Part shown: positions 9,483 to 21,533 of the stretch, in pieces | Numbering within the stretch: position 1 is the stretch's first letter | Layout of the letters: every line of letters starts with the position of its first letter | Sequence record: PZ402305.1 | DNA from: a phage | DNA length: 64,000 nucleotides | Reading direction: 5' to 3' (one strand) | Program-made: the position numbers and the translations under genes | Notes under the pieces: generated by a model | What the model was told of the DNA's origin: nothing | The model's database searches: none | The model's input: the letters and a program-made list of their open reading frames with translations, nothing else

Positions 9483-9719
9483 ATGATGAAAGGTAACAAG
9501 ATGAAAGTTAATCAAGTGCCGAGCGCATACACTTTGTGGCTTGCGCGAGCGTTACACCAGACGATCAAAGACCCTAAGAAGCCAATGAAGAGTGGGAAGA
9601 AGTTTATGTCTAAGGGCAAAACAACCTTTGGCTTCACTCGTATGTCTATCAAGATGAAAAGGCTGGGGTACAAGCCAAACTACGCTCGTTACCCTTCTGA
9701 ATACAACTGGTTTGACTAA
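9483..9719 (+). CDS. small basic protein (78 aa)
   Basis: ATGA-coupled start; Lys/Arg-rich. Confidence 0.4.
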   Translation: MMKGNKMKVNQVPSAYTLWLARALHQTIKDPKKPMKSGKKFMSKGKTTFGFTRMSIKMKRLGYKPNYARYPSEYNWFD

Positions 9720-10211
9720 AGAGGAGAACAAAACATGAAAACATCTATTCGCGTAAAACATGATCCAAACAGCAGTTACCCATACGCGGATGTTGAACGT
9801 CACGAAGGAGACTATTACACCATAAAACGTAAAGTCCCAACTGATACAGGGTTTAACTTTGATGTTATTGCGCTGGATGATCAAGGTGTTGATAATCTGG
9901 TGAATGCATTACTCGCATTGAAGGAAGTACGATATGAAAATCAGACTAAAGGTAAAGTGGCTTTCGATTCTTGTGATCGTTTAGCCGAAGAGATTGCCGA
10001 ATGGCGCGACACTCACTAAAACAGGAGAAAGACTATGGCTACTTTTCAACAATTGAAAGATGTTTCACGTTTAGTAAGAAAAATCCGAGAAGCAGACGCT
10101 GCTGTGCGGAATGCACTAACGCCAGCAGAGCGTGAAGATCTTGAAGAGGAGGTGAAAACAGCCGAGAATGCTTTTGCTGTGTATCTTTCAACCCTGTACA
10201 CAGGAGGTTAA

Positions 10212-10526
10212 ATGTCAGAAGAACTTAAAGAATTTTATCAAGCATATCATAACTGGCTGTTAGCTGGTGCTCCAGATAATAATCCTTTCTGGCATGATAA
10301 AGGATTATGTAGTTGCCTCTACCTTTGGACTGGAGGTTATGATGATCTAAATTATGAAATGCAAATGCAATTCCGTGAGGCAGGATTGTCTGAAGAATAC
10401 CCGTTTGATGACGGAGACTGGTTTAAATATGATTTTGCACAAAGAAACGGGCTATTGCATTTGAATGCTGCCCGTATAAAATGGGTAAAAGACCATGCTA
10501 CACAGGAGGATGTGCAATGCCAATAG
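10212..10526 (+). CDS. small Cys-containing protein, paralogous family member 3
   Basis: FYQAYHNWLL, KGLCSCL, AGLSEEYPF, RIKWVKDH. Confidence 0.55.
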   Translation: MSEELKEFYQAYHNWLLAGAPDNNPFWHDKGLCSCLYLWTGGYDDLNYEMQMQFREAGLSEEYPFDDGDWFKYDFAQRNGLLHLNAARIKWVKDHATQEDVQCQ

Positions 10527-11447
10527 TGTTTAGTTTCTTAGTAATTGTTATGGTTGTTCTTTTCGCGGCATGGCTTTGGGATTTTGACCCAGGAGCAGCG
10601 CAGCAAAGAGCTACAGACTGGAAAGAACAATGTATTGTGCTCAAACATGAACGAAATGCGGAGAAATTTCTTGACCTGGAGTGTGATCGCCTTGTAAGAT
10701 ACAAGCAAGATAAATAACCTTGAGGTGCAAAATGGTAATTGAGATTAAACTTGAATATGCTGGGGCTGTTGCTCTGATCGCACAAACGCTTGGAGCAAAG
10801 ATTGAAGAAGTGTATATCAATGCCTGGAGCGTAGAGATTGATGTTCCTATGGACAACATTGCTAATCGCTTGCTGGTGGCAGAGTGTGAACGCACCAACA
10901 TAATCTACAAAGGAGCATAATATGAAAATTAGAGTTTGTGATGTATTGGGTTATGTTGGTTTTGAGAATGTTCAGATTCCTTTTGTTGTTGAAGCACATC
11001 TTGTTAGCGATGACATGACAACATTCTTTGTTACGATAGAAGAAATGTCCAAAGTTGAGGGATGGGAGTGGTTTGAAGAAGATGTTTGGGAAGGTTGTGA
11101 TTACGTATTTTTCTCTGATGAAGTGAATATTCTTGCGGAGTAGGTATGTCTTGTTTTACAAAAGCAGTGTCCATATGTAAGAAACAGTATGAAAGCGATT
11201 ACGGAATATTTAATATTCCAGCAGATCATACGGAGTATTGTTCATGTGGTGGCAGAATGAAGAAAACAGTGATTTATGCGGATAGTGGAGACGAACTTGT
11301 TCCGGTTATGGTTTGCAAAGCTTGTCATTCTGTTAAAACATTAAAAGCGTAAGGAGTCGGGACACCCGACGATTGGAGCTAAAAATTTTGCGTACAACCC
11401 TTTCCGCCCAACAGGGGCGCGTCGGGTAAATAAAGAGGAGAGTTTAT

Positions 11448-11846
11448 ATGAAAAAGATCATCGTAGGTTTATTGTTACTCATTGCATCACTTGGAACAGC
11501 AAATGCGTCTCAAGTTTATGAGTGTGTGTCAGATGTGGTTGTTAAAAATCTGAAAGGTGAAGTTATTTCTGGTCCTAAGAAAATGGCTTCTGTTGTCATT
11601 AATAAAGATAACTCCTTTATCCTTAAAAATTCAGGTGGTGCTTTGATGAGTGGCATTCTGCAACACACGGGAGAAAAAAGTAAAGATGGTAGTGCTATGT
11701 ACGGTTCACAACAGTTTATTGGCACTACTGAAGTTGTGATGATGCGCACAGAGTATCGAGACACTTTGGCTTGGTTTGCATTTCTAAAAAATGATAAAAC
11801 AATAACGAATGTTCTTACTCTAGAAGCTGATTGTACGCAACGGTAA
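11448..11846 (+). CDS. hypothetical secreted protein
   Basis: Signal-peptide-like MKKIIVGLLLLIASLGTANAS; AGAGGAG RBS. Confidence 0.5.
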   Translation: MKKIIVGLLLLIASLGTANASQVYECVSDVVVKNLKGEVISGPKKMASVVINKDNSFILKNSGGALMSGILQHTGEKSKDGSAMYGSQQFIGTTEVVMMRTEYRDTLAWFAFLKNDKTITNVLTLEADCTQR

Positions 11847-13762
11847 GGGGGATATTATGCTGAATGTTTTTACTGCTGATCGTGTAGGAACACCGATTAC
11901 CGAAGAAGAACGTGCAGAGATTACAAAAGAGTTGGAAGATCTTTACCGTGTTTTCTCTGATGAAGAAAGCATTAAAAAAGATGCTGAAAAGATGACAGAT
12001 CTGTTGGGTTTTACTTGGTCCCCAGAATGGACCGCTGTTGCTCTTAGTGCAGATATTTGGGGGTATGAAGAAACCCTACGCACTGGGGTAGTGGCAGCTT
12101 GGTAATATGATAGAGACTATCATTTTCATTGTTCTGGCTATTATTTTGGGTTTCTTAATATATGAATAGAGGTATTTATGACTAAAATGAGACATTACGC
12201 TGTAAACTGCAACGATGCTTGGCGTTTGTGTCCTGATGATCCGACAGAAGGCACATTTGTAAGATATGAGGATTATAAAGAGTTATCGGATGCTGTAATC
12301 GCATTGTTAACTGATATCCGTTCACGTTATCCAGGACAAGATTTCACTTGCCCTCACATCAAACTTCTTGCTTGCTTGGTAGAAGGTGAGAAAGAAGTGG
12401 AAGATGGCTTCAAGCGTGTAGAGTATCAAGGTGAAACTTTAGATGTTCCTGAATTTGTTAATTATATTGCAACAGATTCAAGTGGCGAGCGTTATGGTTA
12501 CACTCATAAACCGGAGATTCCAGATTTCGCTTATGCGTGGCGTATTCCTTATGAAGTTTTTAATGTTGCAGATTGCTGGTATTTAGGAGAAGGAAACAAC
12601 CTTAATTGGCGTGATTCCTTGGTTCAGGTTTAACAATATGAAAGAGACATTGCCAGCAGCATACCGTTTGAATGATGAACGTATTTGGGAGTGGACCGAC
12701 GTTTCTTGTTTTTACCCTGAAATAGTTCAATATTGGCGAGCAAAAGGGTGTGTTGTAGTTATCAACCCATGTGGACCAGTGGATGAAGATTGCTTGTATC
12801 TCGATGGAAAGTGGCACAGTTATTGTCGCTGGCCTTTTGAGTGGATGTGTAAAGAAGATCTCCCAGAGGGTTGGGAGTATCCAAAAGCAAATAGGAGATA
12901 ATATGTCTAAAGATTTTGTTGAAATGTTTGTCAAAGATGAAGAAACTGGTTTAGGCACAGGTTTCATTTGTGAAGAAACCTTTAAGCGTGAACAAGAAAA
13001 AGCTATTCTTATGCGAAACTATGATCACGCATTAGAACAATGGAAAAATGCAGAACAAAAATGCAAAAACCTTTATGCAGAAAATAGAAAACTACAAGAT
13101 CAAATGGAGTTGTTAGCTATCAGTTTACGATCTCTCATTTTGGCTGTAGAAGATGGTTTTAAAAATCCAGATGGTTTTCCTGTGAGCGATATTGAACATG
13201 ATTTGTATCTTGCTCGTGGTGCTTACTTCTATGTTAAACAGAAGTCTGTAGAAGGAGAGAAGTGATGGAAGAAAAACTGGAACGTATTATCGAGTTAGCT
13301 ATGTCTATTGGCTACGACGATTGTTTTCTCCAAACTATTGGAGAAACAGAGAACGATTACGACTCTTGGGTGAAAGAGTTGGAAGAACTTAAAACTTCCT
13401 TGATTGCTGACTTTGCTGAAGCAGAGGATAAAGCAGATCGTTACAACTATCTGTGTCGATAAGCCTTGACATTTATTTTATGTATGGTATACATACATTA
13501 TCAACGTGAGCAAGGTGGTGTAATATGAATAAAGATCGGTTTCTTTCTTTAGTCGCGGAAGCTCCTTTTGATGTTCTTGGAGTGAGATTATGGAAAGACA
13601 GAAACTATGGGTTAGATGTTCAAACATACTCTCTTTGGTTGGTTGGGGAGCACAGCTTAGATGAAAGCTTGTGCATGGGTAGGGATTCTCGTTCCCTCTG
13701 TTTAAAGTTCAGAAGCTTAGAACGCGCAAACAAAGAGCAAGAAAAACTAACGAGGTGGCTAA

Positions 13763-14089
13763 ATGAAAACAAGCGCAAGGTTGATGGAGTTTTATAAAAT
13801 TTATCTAGCATGGATTGATGTTGGTGCTCCTGATGGTAAACCTTTTCGGCGGGATTGCGGTTTGTGTGCCAACTTATTCGACTATGTGCACAGAGGCAAT
13901 TACAACCCCATTATAACAACCTTATCAGATGAAATGCACGCGCAGTTCCACTATAAAGGGTTGAGTCAAGAACTCCCTTTCAATGAGAACTATGATGCAT
14001 ATGTTTTAGAGTCAGATGCAGATGCCTGTCACCTGAACGTGGACAGGATTAATTGGGTGAAAGATCGTATTGCAGAGGAGAATGAATAG
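13763..14089 (+). CDS. small Cys-containing protein, paralogous family member 4
   Basis: LMEFYKIYLAWI, CGLCANL, KGLSQELPFN, RINWVKDRIAE. Confidence 0.55.
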   Translation: MKTSARLMEFYKIYLAWIDVGAPDGKPFRRDCGLCANLFDYVHRGNYNPIITTLSDEMHAQFHYKGLSQELPFNENYDAYVLESDADACHLNVDRINWVKDRIAEENE

Positions 14090-15979
14090 TGGCTGCTTAT
14101 AATTGGTATGAACTTGAAGCTGTTTGTCAGTTTTATGACTCAATAGTTCTGCGTGATCCAATCTGTCAAGAATTGAGTCGCCGTGCAAGTGCATTGGCAA
14201 TCCGTGTTAAAATAAACGGTTGGAACGCAGATTTGGAAAAAGAGTTGGAATTTCTCTTAGAAAACACGCGGGTCTTCCGCAAAGTGTTCCCTGAATGGTT
14301 TGAGATGGAAGAATGATCATGTGGATTGTGCGTCTTAAGTATGATGGCCCTAATCCTTGGGTGAGAACAGTTTGCGGATGTGATACTAAAGAGTCAGCAG
14401 ATAAAGCTGGAAGAATGATAAGTGCCTTTTATAATAGTAAACCTCTTTGTTTAGAAATGTCTGGTGTGGTTTGTATGAGCATGTTCGAATACTACTCTTA
14501 TGAGATCAAAGAACACCAAGGGGAATGGAAATAAATAGTTGACAGAAGGATCTGTCTTTGTCATAATCATCTCATCGAAACAAAGAGGAGAAAATCATGA
14601 AAAAGTTTATTTGCACCCGTTCCACTAACAGTGATATCCTTGTAGGTAAGGTTATCAAAGGAGAACTCTTCCATGCAAACGGTAAGAAATATATTTTGCT
14701 GAAAGATTCTTTCAACGGGGAATATCCGCGCTGCACTTTCTTCAATTACAACACTCCATTTGCTTTAGAAGGAGATGCTTGGGACTGGGCTGAACTCAAT
14801 CCTTGTTGTGAGGAAGAAGAATCTATGTTCTTGGGTTTAAACGTTTACCGTGTAGATTACACCATGTGCGGAGCGGAACATTCTGTTCGCGTAGAAGCCG
14901 AATCCAAACTACAAGCACCTTTCAAGGCGGGATTGACTTTGGGTCATTGTTTGGCAAACATTGAAGATGTTGTGATCCAAAGGGTTGTTTTAGAGAAAGA
15001 GGCTATTTGAGAGAAGACGGCACAATATTTAAATATAAAGATTAACCACAAAGGAGATAGATATGCAAGTTGAAGACCTGATCAAAATTTTGAATGAAGC
15101 CAAAGAGAAAGGTGCTATCAAAGACTGGAAACGTGAAACAAGTGAAGATCTATCTCACTGTTGCCGAGAATTTTACATCGAAGGTATTGCTGACGATCAT
15201 TATATTATCGAATGGTATATCAACTTAATGACTCTTAAGCACGGTTCGTTTGAGGTTTGGTTTGATGACATTGATGTAAATGGTTTTCATCCTGGCTATA
15301 AAATCGCTATGCAGTTATCTTATCGTAGAGAAGTTGTAGCACATTTAGGTTTACATAACTAAGGAGAAAAGAATGCAAGCAGTTGTTAACGAAGCTATTA
15401 TGAACTTATCCTTCTTGTTAGCTGGTTTAGGAGGTGTTCTCATAGGTTTGGCTCTTATCTGGTGTATTCGTCGATTAATCGGGTACCGACAAAAAGGTGT
15501 TTCATGTTTTGTATCTTACAATTTTACAACTGCTTACAGCAATGAAGTTGGATCTGGCAATGCTCAAGCATTTTTACCAACATATCCTCCTACGGTGGAA
15601 GATATTCGAAACTTGGAAGTAGAACTTATGGGACTAAGTGATAACTATACATCTCTAGTTATTCAAAATATTTTTCGACTAAAACAGGAGGCGTGAATGA
15701 AGGTACATTACCCTCATCCATTTGATCCTAAAAACAAAGCCGTAATTCTTCGTCAGTGGCAACGGGTTTGTCGTACTAAATGTCCAATCAATAGCCCACA
15801 CAATGTAGACAAGGACTATCTTGGGACATTTGTTGAATACACTTACATAGACAAAAACAAGCGTAAACAACATGTCGAGGAATACTGCTTAAGAGTAGAA
15901 TGGCTGTAAATAATAAATACCTTGACAAGTGTTTATTCGTTTTGTAAAGTGAGAATACAGCAATGGTTTAGGAGTGGTT

Positions 15980-16651
15980 ATGAAAAAGTTTGTTGTTTAC
16001 AGTCGTCTTTCTAAACAGAAAAAAGGTGAGGCACAATATGGTATGGAGAGCCAAGAGAATGATATCCGTTACTTCTTAGACTCTGTGCCTGATGCGGAAG
16101 TTATTGGTCAATTTTCTGAATACTATTCGGGTAAGGGCGATTGGAAGCAACGTAAGGAACTGGTTAAAGCGGTTGAAATGTGTAAAGCTACCGGAGCAAC
16201 TTTATTGGTAGCTAAAGTTGACCGCTTGGGTCGTAATAACGCCTCCGTAGCAACTCTTCTAGAAATGATTGATGTTAAGATAGCCATCATGCCAGACGCA
16301 GATAAAATGGTTATACAGCTTCTGTCTGTTCTGGCTGAACAAGAAGTTAGAGGTATTGCTGATCGTATTAAAAAGGGTCTTGCTGTAGCAAAAAGCAAAG
16401 GTGTTTTATTAGGCAGTGCCAATCCTAAAACTGCCGCTGCACGTAGAAAAGGAAAAATGGAATACAACTCTGTTAAAGCAGACGCTTTTGCAGAGACATT
16501 CCGTGAACGCTTGGAGATCCTTAGAGATTTAAATACACCTTACAAAACTATTGCTGAAAAATTCAATAGTAAGAAAATAGCAACAGCACGTGGTGGTAAA
16601 TGGGATGCTAAAACTGTTTCTCGTTTGTGTGCCAGACTGAACATTAAATAG
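15980..16651 (+). CDS. serine recombinase (resolvase/invertase family) with C-terminal HTH
   Basis: VVYSRLSKQ (catalytic Ser motif), LLVAKVDRLGRN, C-terminal TIAEKFN...ARGGKW; TTGACA-N17-TAAAGT promoter upstream. Confidence 0.6.
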   Translation: MKKFVVYSRLSKQKKGEAQYGMESQENDIRYFLDSVPDAEVIGQFSEYYSGKGDWKQRKELVKAVEMCKATGATLLVAKVDRLGRNNASVATLLEMIDVKIAIMPDADKMVIQLLSVLAEQEVRGIADRIKKGLAVAKSKGVLLGSANPKTAAARRKGKMEYNSVKADAFAETFRERLEILRDLNTPYKTIAEKFNSKKIATARGGKWDAKTVSRLCARLNIK

Positions 16652-17059
16652 GAGAGGATATGAAACAAGAAAATGAACCTGTAGATCACTTAATCATGCT
16701 GTCAGCCCTTTTTGCCGGATGGGACGTATTTTTTGAAAATTTGTTCAATTCTGCTACAGATGGTTCCGATTTTATGCGCCAGTTTAAACGACGAACTGTT
16801 GAGGACTATGCTTTCTATTCAGGTCGGATTGAAAAAGGTTACGAAGATACAAATACAACACTCACCATTAAAGTTTTAGATGTGATGTTTAGTGTTATAG
16901 ATGCTATCGACGAAAGTCTTCCGATCCTAGATAATTGTAATACGAAAGTCTATGTTTACAAAATAGCTCGTGCTTATGTGTCTGCAAACAGTTGTCTTCT
17001 TTCCACCCAGATTGCCGTGAACAATCTTGCCAACTTGTTTGATGAAGGAGAAACTTTTT

Positions 17060-17425
17060 ATGACAATCGATTTGAAGTGTAAGAGGATTCTTTTAGATTT
17101 CTATAATAATTGGTTAGAACACCTCCGGCTCTTTCCAAGAGAAAGTGGTTACGCTGATGTTGGCTTATGCCGAGGTCTACGTATGTATATAAGTGATGAA
17201 TTTCGGGCCGAGCATTCTTTAGCATATTCTGTTTATGGTATGCAATTAGCCAGTTTTGAAAACGCTGGCTTAGATACAACTTTCCCATTTAACACAGCAA
17301 AATCTTTTGAGCAAGAGTGTAAGGAAAAACGTTGCATGTTTAATGAAAAACGTGTACAGTGGGTTAAGGATCGAGTTAAACAACTGGAACAAGAGTTGGA
17401 TTTCTTCTATGATGAGGCAGAATAA
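17060..17425 (+). CDS. small Cys-containing protein, paralogous family member 5
   Basis: Internal ATG after GAAGGAG; LLDFYNNWL, VGLCRGL, AGLDTTFPFN, RVQWVKDRV. Confidence 0.5.
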   Translation: MTIDLKCKRILLDFYNNWLEHLRLFPRESGYADVGLCRGLRMYISDEFRAEHSLAYSVYGMQLASFENAGLDTTFPFNTAKSFEQECKEKRCMFNEKRVQWVKDRVKQLEQELDFFYDEAE

Positions 17426-17701
17426 TGGATAGACAAACCTTAAAAACAATGGCAGATGCCACTAATTCCCCGTACTTTGAAAAAGTAAGTAAATTGGTAG
17501 CTCAAGCCGCAGAGGAAGGATATTATAACATAAACATCCACAACCCAAGTCTTATACTAGAAATGCCAAGTGATAAGAAGATACAAGAGAGTATCTGTGA
17601 AGGTATTGTTAGTTACTGGCGCGAGCGTGGGTGTGGTGCAAACATGGCTTTAGACAGTGCAAACATTGTAAGATATATAAATATTTCTTGGGGGTGATTT
17701 T

Positions 17702-18313
17702 ATGATTCAATGCACTCATATCCAAATTACTTGGAGAGATGAACTTTACCATTTGGGACAATTTACTGTAGGGGAAACATACCCTGTCATTAAACATAAT
17801 CCTAACATCGCAAACTTTGATAGGATGGTTCTTGTTGAGGACGATCTGGGTCAAACTTATTCTTTAGATCTAAAATATCCGTTTTCTTACGGCTACGATT
17901 GGATCGTTACTTTTGAAGACGTGGAGGAAAATAAAACAATGAACGAAAAAAATTCTTGGTATTATCGTTGTGAACTGCCGCCAGTAGGTGAAAAGGTTAT
18001 CTTTGTTCCTGATTTGGAAAGATATTCTTGGGACAGTTCTTATTCTGTTCCTAAAGAAGGCACCGAAGTTGAAGTTATTGCACATCGCACGACTTCGCAT
18101 GGTAACGATGTAGCAGTTGTTTTCTGGGATGATGAAGGCGCTGCTTGTGCAGGTGGCTTTGTTGCAGGTAACTTTGAACCCCTGCCAGATCCTTTGAAGG
18201 AGGCAATTTTAGGCGTAGCTTCTTTTGGACTCTCTTACACGTCTGCACAGGAGATCGTAGAAGGTATTTTAAACGGTACTGTTCCAAACGAAATTTTCAA
18301 ACAGATTAAATAA
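17702..18313 (+). CDS. hypothetical protein (203 aa)
   Basis: Track ORF with RBS. Confidence 0.5.
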   Translation: MIQCTHIQITWRDELYHLGQFTVGETYPVIKHNPNIANFDRMVLVEDDLGQTYSLDLKYPFSYGYDWIVTFEDVEENKTMNEKNSWYYRCELPPVGEKVIFVPDLERYSWDSSYSVPKEGTEVEVIAHRTTSHGNDVAVVFWDDEGAACAGGFVAGNFEPLPDPLKEAILGVASFGLSYTSAQEIVEGILNGTVPNEIFKQIK

Positions 18314-18364
18314 CAGTTGCACCCCGTTCTGCGGGGTGTTATTGTATATGTAAAGGAGGCGCTA

Positions 18365-18703
18365 ATGTATTACACTGAAGACTACATATTGTATAACTTT
18401 TTTAAAGGTTGGTTGAAATGGGCGGAACAAGCTCCTGTCGGAGATTGTGTTTTTCCTTGGGATTCTCGTCAAGGCTTGTGTCGTTGTTTGGAAGATTGGC
18501 TTATAACCACAAACTACAATTCAGAAACTAAGAAATCTACATCAAACAGATTAAAAATGTTGTTTGAAGAAGATGGTTTAGATCCAATTTATCCTTTCGG
18601 TGAGGAAAGTTTCCACAATGGTCTTTTCCTTGGCACTCAACATTATGATAAAGATCGTGTAGATTGGGTAAAAGAAAAGGTAGCACAGTATGAATGGGGT
18701 TAA
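18365..18703 (+). CDS. small Cys-containing protein, paralogous family member 6
   Basis: Internal ATG after AAGGAGG; FFKGWLKW, QGLCRCL, DGLDPIYPFG, RVDWVKEKV. Confidence 0.5.
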   Translation: MYYTEDYILYNFFKGWLKWAEQAPVGDCVFPWDSRQGLCRCLEDWLITTNYNSETKKSTSNRLKMLFEEDGLDPIYPFGEESFHNGLFLGTQHYDKDRVDWVKEKVAQYEWG

Positions 18704-19037
18704 GAATTATCACCGCTGGTTAGAAAGCTATCTTAAGAAATGTGAACTTGGTGTTCCAGGTTATACTTACGACACGGATGAGATTCTTGACGAAATGGAA
18801 GTTTGGTTTAAAGAGCCTCGTGAACTATTGGAAAACATTCTAATGGCTTGGGATGGTACGGCACAAAGCATTGAAGGAGGTAGAAATGAGTAAGAAATTG
18901 TTTAATATTCGTGAGAACCGTGATGGATCGTTCTCTGTAGTCAATGAGTTTAACGTTTCGGTTGGGACTTTTATTACTAAACGTCAAGCAGAACAAGTAA
19001 GAGATACTTTAAACAAGTAAATTTTTAAGGGGGACTT

Positions 19038-19457
19038 ATGTTAGGTAAGATCAAAGCTTTTTTCAAACGTATTGTTGAAGGAAGTCCAACAGAAGGTGCA
19101 TTAGGAAGATCTCTAACAGGAGAACCACTTGCCATAATTTCTATCAGTCGGCATGGGGGATATTCCATTCGACAAACACCTTTAGGTATAAAAGGTAGTA
19201 TGCTTTCTTGGACAATATCTCAAGTTGGTGATAACAGACTTGCAGCTATAGCATTGCTTCGTGGGGAGTATGACTATTGTTTATCAGCATCTTGTAAAAA
19301 GCACCTTATAGAGCACATTAAAGACAGAGTAGAAAGAGAAGGCGGATACTTTTTCGAAACTAAGAGAAACGAACAAGGAACTCTTGACTTCACTAAGGTT
19401 TACTGGGACAATCATACTCGTCAAACTGTTGAACAACTTCTGGAGGAAAGATGTTAA
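19038..19457 (+). CDS. hypothetical protein (139 aa)
   Basis: Track ORF, AAGGGGGA RBS. Confidence 0.5.
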   Translation: MLGKIKAFFKRIVEGSPTEGALGRSLTGEPLAIISISRHGGYSIRQTPLGIKGSMLSWTISQVGDNRLAAIALLRGEYDYCLSASCKKHLIEHIKDRVEREGGYFFETKRNEQGTLDFTKVYWDNHTRQTVEQLLEERC

Positions 19458-19953
19458 AAGCTTTTGCTGTATACTCTACTGTAGGATTCTTTTATTGGAT
19501 TATAGTTGTTGTTGGATGTTGGTTGGGTTCTTCTGTTGTGATGGGAGAATGGTTAACATACAATGTATTTGAATGGGATGTAGTTTGTAGATCATTACTT
19601 GTTATATGGACTGCTATTGTTTGTTGGATAACTGTTAGTCTAACATTAGATCTATATTGATTAATAGATGGTAGATAGATGATCATAGTTTATCTACCTT
19701 CACTTACGTTTCATACCTCACTATCGTGAGTAACATGAAACATTATTATATAGAAATCTACTACTCGCTATCGCTCGTAAACATATGTTTAGGGTACCAT
19801 ATTTTTTTGAAAAAGTCAATGCTGACTCACCTATCAATTATCTGTTTAAGATAAGTCTTACCTATCAATCTAACTCTTAACTAGTATTGTACCTATAGTA
19901 AGACTATTCCTATAGTTATTAACCATCTTCTTCTGTAGAATGTAATTAGATCC

Positions 19954-19983
19954 TTGACAAACTCACAAAGCTTGTGTTACATT
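19954..19983 (+). promoter_or_regulatory. sigma70-type promoter with extended -10 (TTGACA-N18-TGt-TACATT)
   Basis: Hexamers read directly; precedes ATG at 20021. Confidence 0.45.
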
Positions 19984-20470
19984 GTGTCTCACAGGTGAAT
20001 AATACCGAACAGGAGGAAGAATGAGTTCCAATTTTCTATACAAAGCAAAAGATTCACGAGATGGAGAGAACCATTGGTGGTTGATCACAGTAGATGGTGT
20101 TATCATCCTACCGTGGGACGGAGAGACGAAAGTTCAAATACTAGAGAAAGTAAAAGGTGTTAGTTTTAATGTTAGTCATGACATAACAACTTTCAAAGCT
20201 TTTGCTATGAATCCTAGTCTTGTTGCTGAATGGTAATCCAGGAGAAAATATGACTAAAATGTATGCAGCCGTTGATAAGCTGGATGGGTCTGATTCTGTT
20301 TTTATTTTGAATAAAATGGGTGTCTTAGTTTATGCCCGAACTTCTCAAAACATAGAGCACCAAGTGGAAGCAGCGCAAATTTTAGAGCAAATAACCCCTC
20401 CATACCTATATTCAAATGTTGAGCGTTTTAACGATGCACTTGGTCTGACATTAATAGCGGAGTGGTAATA

Positions 20471-20668
20471 ATGGCGAAAATGTTAGCAATTGATGATGTT
20501 GTAACAATTACTACGTCCATACCTTGTCCTCCTATGCCTTGCCCCTATTGTGGTGGTGCAGGGTATGTTATGGCGGATGTAGGTCAAATCTACGAGTGTA
20601 ATCCGTGCAAAACCACGGGCTATATCCAAACAGAGTCAGAGGAGAAATACTATGAGCCAAAACGCTAA
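20471..20668 (+). CDS. small zinc-finger protein (CxxCxGxG-type)
   Basis: CPPMPCPYCGGAGY...CNPCKTTGY. Confidence 0.4.
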   Translation: MAKMLAIDDVVTITTSIPCPPMPCPYCGGAGYVMADVGQIYECNPCKTTGYIQTESEEKYYEPKR

Positions 20669-21101
20669 AGAAAGAGAAGTAATCACGGTAATCCGTCAGA
20701 TGGAAGGTGCAGAAAACAATGCATTTGTTACTAAGATTCTTCTTAATATTTTTGAAGATGTTGTTTTAAACAATCCTGGTCATAAAGATTATCAGTATGA
20801 TGTTATGATGGGTGCTTTGCTTGAGATTAACAAAAACACTTTTGCTGAATATGAGCAACACATGCTTTTACCAGAGGAAGATCAGGATTATTTGTTATCT
20901 GGTGCTTTAAGTGCACAAGAAAATTTCTACCACGTTCTTAATATGGCTTATGCAGATGAACTTGCTGTCTCCCTTGAAGAGCGGATTCAAATGGTTCGTG
21001 ACGTAATGAATGAACAAATCCAAGAAGTTGAAGATCTGGTAGCAGAGCCTTTAGCAGAAATTCGTGCAGCTATTGAAAAACAAAAAGGAACTCAATCATG
21101 A
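20652..21101 (+). CDS. hypothetical protein (149 aa)
   Basis: Track ORF, GAGGAG RBS. Confidence 0.5.
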   Translation: MSQNAKEREVITVIRQMEGAENNAFVTKILLNIFEDVVLNNPGHKDYQYDVMMGALLEINKNTFAEYEQHMLLPEEDQDYLLSGALSAQENFYHVLNMAYADELAVSLEERIQMVRDVMNEQIQEVEDLVAEPLAEIRAAIEKQKGTQS

Positions 21102-21533
21102 TGCAAGTAGGTGATGTGGTTTGTCTTAAAGGTGCAAACAAACAAATGACAGTAATAGAAAGTTATGGTGAATCTTGTAAAGTAACTTGGTTTGATGAAA
21201 ACGGGGAGTTGCAACACGCTATATTCGATCAAAAAGCTTTGAGGAAGGTTGAAGAAAAAGAATGAGCCATCCGTCAATATTTTTCTGTTTTGTAGATCTT
21301 GAAAACGAGTCTTTAATCGTTGATAGTGAGGGTTACTTCACTTATTGGGAATCCGAGCACGAAACTATAAGTGTAGTGAAAGAAATTATGCAAACCAATC
21401 CAAACCTACCAGCGCATAAGTACGGTATTGCAAAAGTGTTTGTTACTAAAACAGAGTACACAAAAGAGCGAAGCACTTTGTACCATAATATTGAAGTGAT
21501 TCACTATTTCAAAGATGTTATTTAGGAGGTTAT

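Noticed and set aside
15980-16651. Serine recombinase as evidence of a prophage or integrative element
   Set aside because: No att-like repeats, integrase-associated tRNA target or lysogeny genes were seen; the surrounding content is typical of a lytic phage.
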